DNA of 64,000 bases from the NCBI GenBank assembly GCA_963743915.1, contig CAVURN010000001.1, positions 64,001 to 128,000 on the forward strand, read 5' to 3'. Shown here one piece after another: positions 63,368-64,000 of this stretch (the first letter of the stretch is position 1; each line of letters begins with the position of its first letter). The translations under genes were made by a program, and so were the position numbers. A model generated the notes under the pieces. The model saw only the letters and a program-made list of their open reading frames with translations. It was not told the origin of the DNA and did not search any database. The DNA is from an uncultured Actinomycetota bacterium (GTDB lineage Bacteria; Actinomycetota; Actinomycetes; JAHEKZ01).

Positions 63368-63811
63368 ATGGCAGATGCACGAAGAGACCTGGCGGTGGAG
63401 CTGTACAACCAGACCTGGGCCCTGCTCGACCAGGAGTCGCGCACGGCGGCCGACGACCGGAGGATGCTGGCCACTGCCATGGGCAGCCGCGCCCTGTGGC
63501 AGGAGATCGGCGGCGCCGAGCAGCATGCGGTCGGCGACTGGCAGGTGGCCCACGTGGCGAGCGTGCTCGGACACGCCGACCTTGCCCTGGACTTCGCCAC
63601 GTCGGCCCACGCGACAGCGGCGGAGGCCGAGGTGCCGCTCTGGCTTGAGGCGTCGACCTGCGAGGGGATGGCCCGGGCCCACGCGGCGGCAGGGCACGCG
63701 GACGAGCGGGACGCCTGGATCGCGCGCGCACAGGAGCTCCTCGTGCGGGTCGACGATGCCGACGACCGGCAGCTGATCGAGGAGCAGCTCGCCAGCATCG
63801 ACCGCGCATGA
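63368..63811 (+). CDS. Hypothetical all-helical protein, paralogue of the MerR C-terminal domain at 29741-30206
   Basis: Shares LA..L(F/Y)N..W.LL, SR.LW..(V/I)G, GDWQV, W(L)..AS..E..ARA and DADDR. Confidence 0.8.
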   Translation: MADARRDLAVELYNQTWALLDQESRTAADDRRMLATAMGSRALWQEIGGAEQHAVGDWQVAHVASVLGHADLALDFATSAHATAAEAEVPLWLEASTCEGMARAHAAAGHADERDAWIARAQELLVRVDDADDRQLIEEQLASIDRA

Positions 63812-64000
63812 CGGTCCAGGCCACTCCCGGGGGCCGCGACGACCACCATGCGTTGACCGCGCACGAGGTGCTGCTCGTCCTCGAGACCGACCCTGCAAAG
63901 GGGCTGTCGCACGACGAGGCGCGCAGGCGCCTCGAGCAGTTCGGCCCGAACCGGTTGCCCGCTGCCACCGGTGGCACCTGGCTGCTGCGGGTGGCGCGGC
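63808..64000 (+). CDS. Cation-transporting P-type ATPase, N-terminus (3'-truncated by the window edge)
   Basis: GLSHDEARRRLEQFGPNRL type-II P-ATPase N-terminal motif; ATGA overlap with the preceding gene. Confidence 0.8.
   Translation, partial: MTVQATPGGRDDHHALTAHEVLLVLETDPAKGLSHDEARRRLEQFGPNRLPAATGGTWLLRVAR

Overview
High-GC actinobacterial chromosomal segment. The left two-thirds is the conserved ppx-proC-acuC-bS22-rex-hemACDBL-ccdA/resB/ccsB-menAEBCD backbone. Inserted into it are accessory genes: ABC exporters, an orphan TadE/TadG pilin pair, Trk K+ uptake, a MacAB-like exporter, a MerR regulator and a TetR/MFS pair. The right ~17 kb (45.9-63.2 kb) is a choline/glycine-betaine catabolic island: betB-betA, a betaine-type ABC importer, a non-pyrrolysine MttB-family methyltransferase, a corrinoid protein, a MetV-like Cys-rich protein, a pterin-binding methyltransferase, a dimethylglycine-oxidising GcvT-family flavoprotein and ETF, with IclR and GntR regulators. 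About a dozen genes, including hemB, hemD and menC, carry single-base frameshifts that look like long-read sequencing errors. The most interesting signals are: (i) the B12-dependent betaine demethylation module in an apparently respiring actinobacterium; (ii) an unannotated 44-aa ORF whose 3' UTR has two UCCCCU-loop hairpins, a candidate small-protein/sRNA cassette; (iii) a MerR gene with an internal RBS and ATG whose C-terminal domain also occurs as a stand-alone paralogue in the window; (iv) a sharply G/T-skewed codon tract confined to the corrinoid gene. No rRNA, tRNA, CRISPR array, transposase or integrase was seen. All family assignments come from motif recognition by eye, not from database searches.
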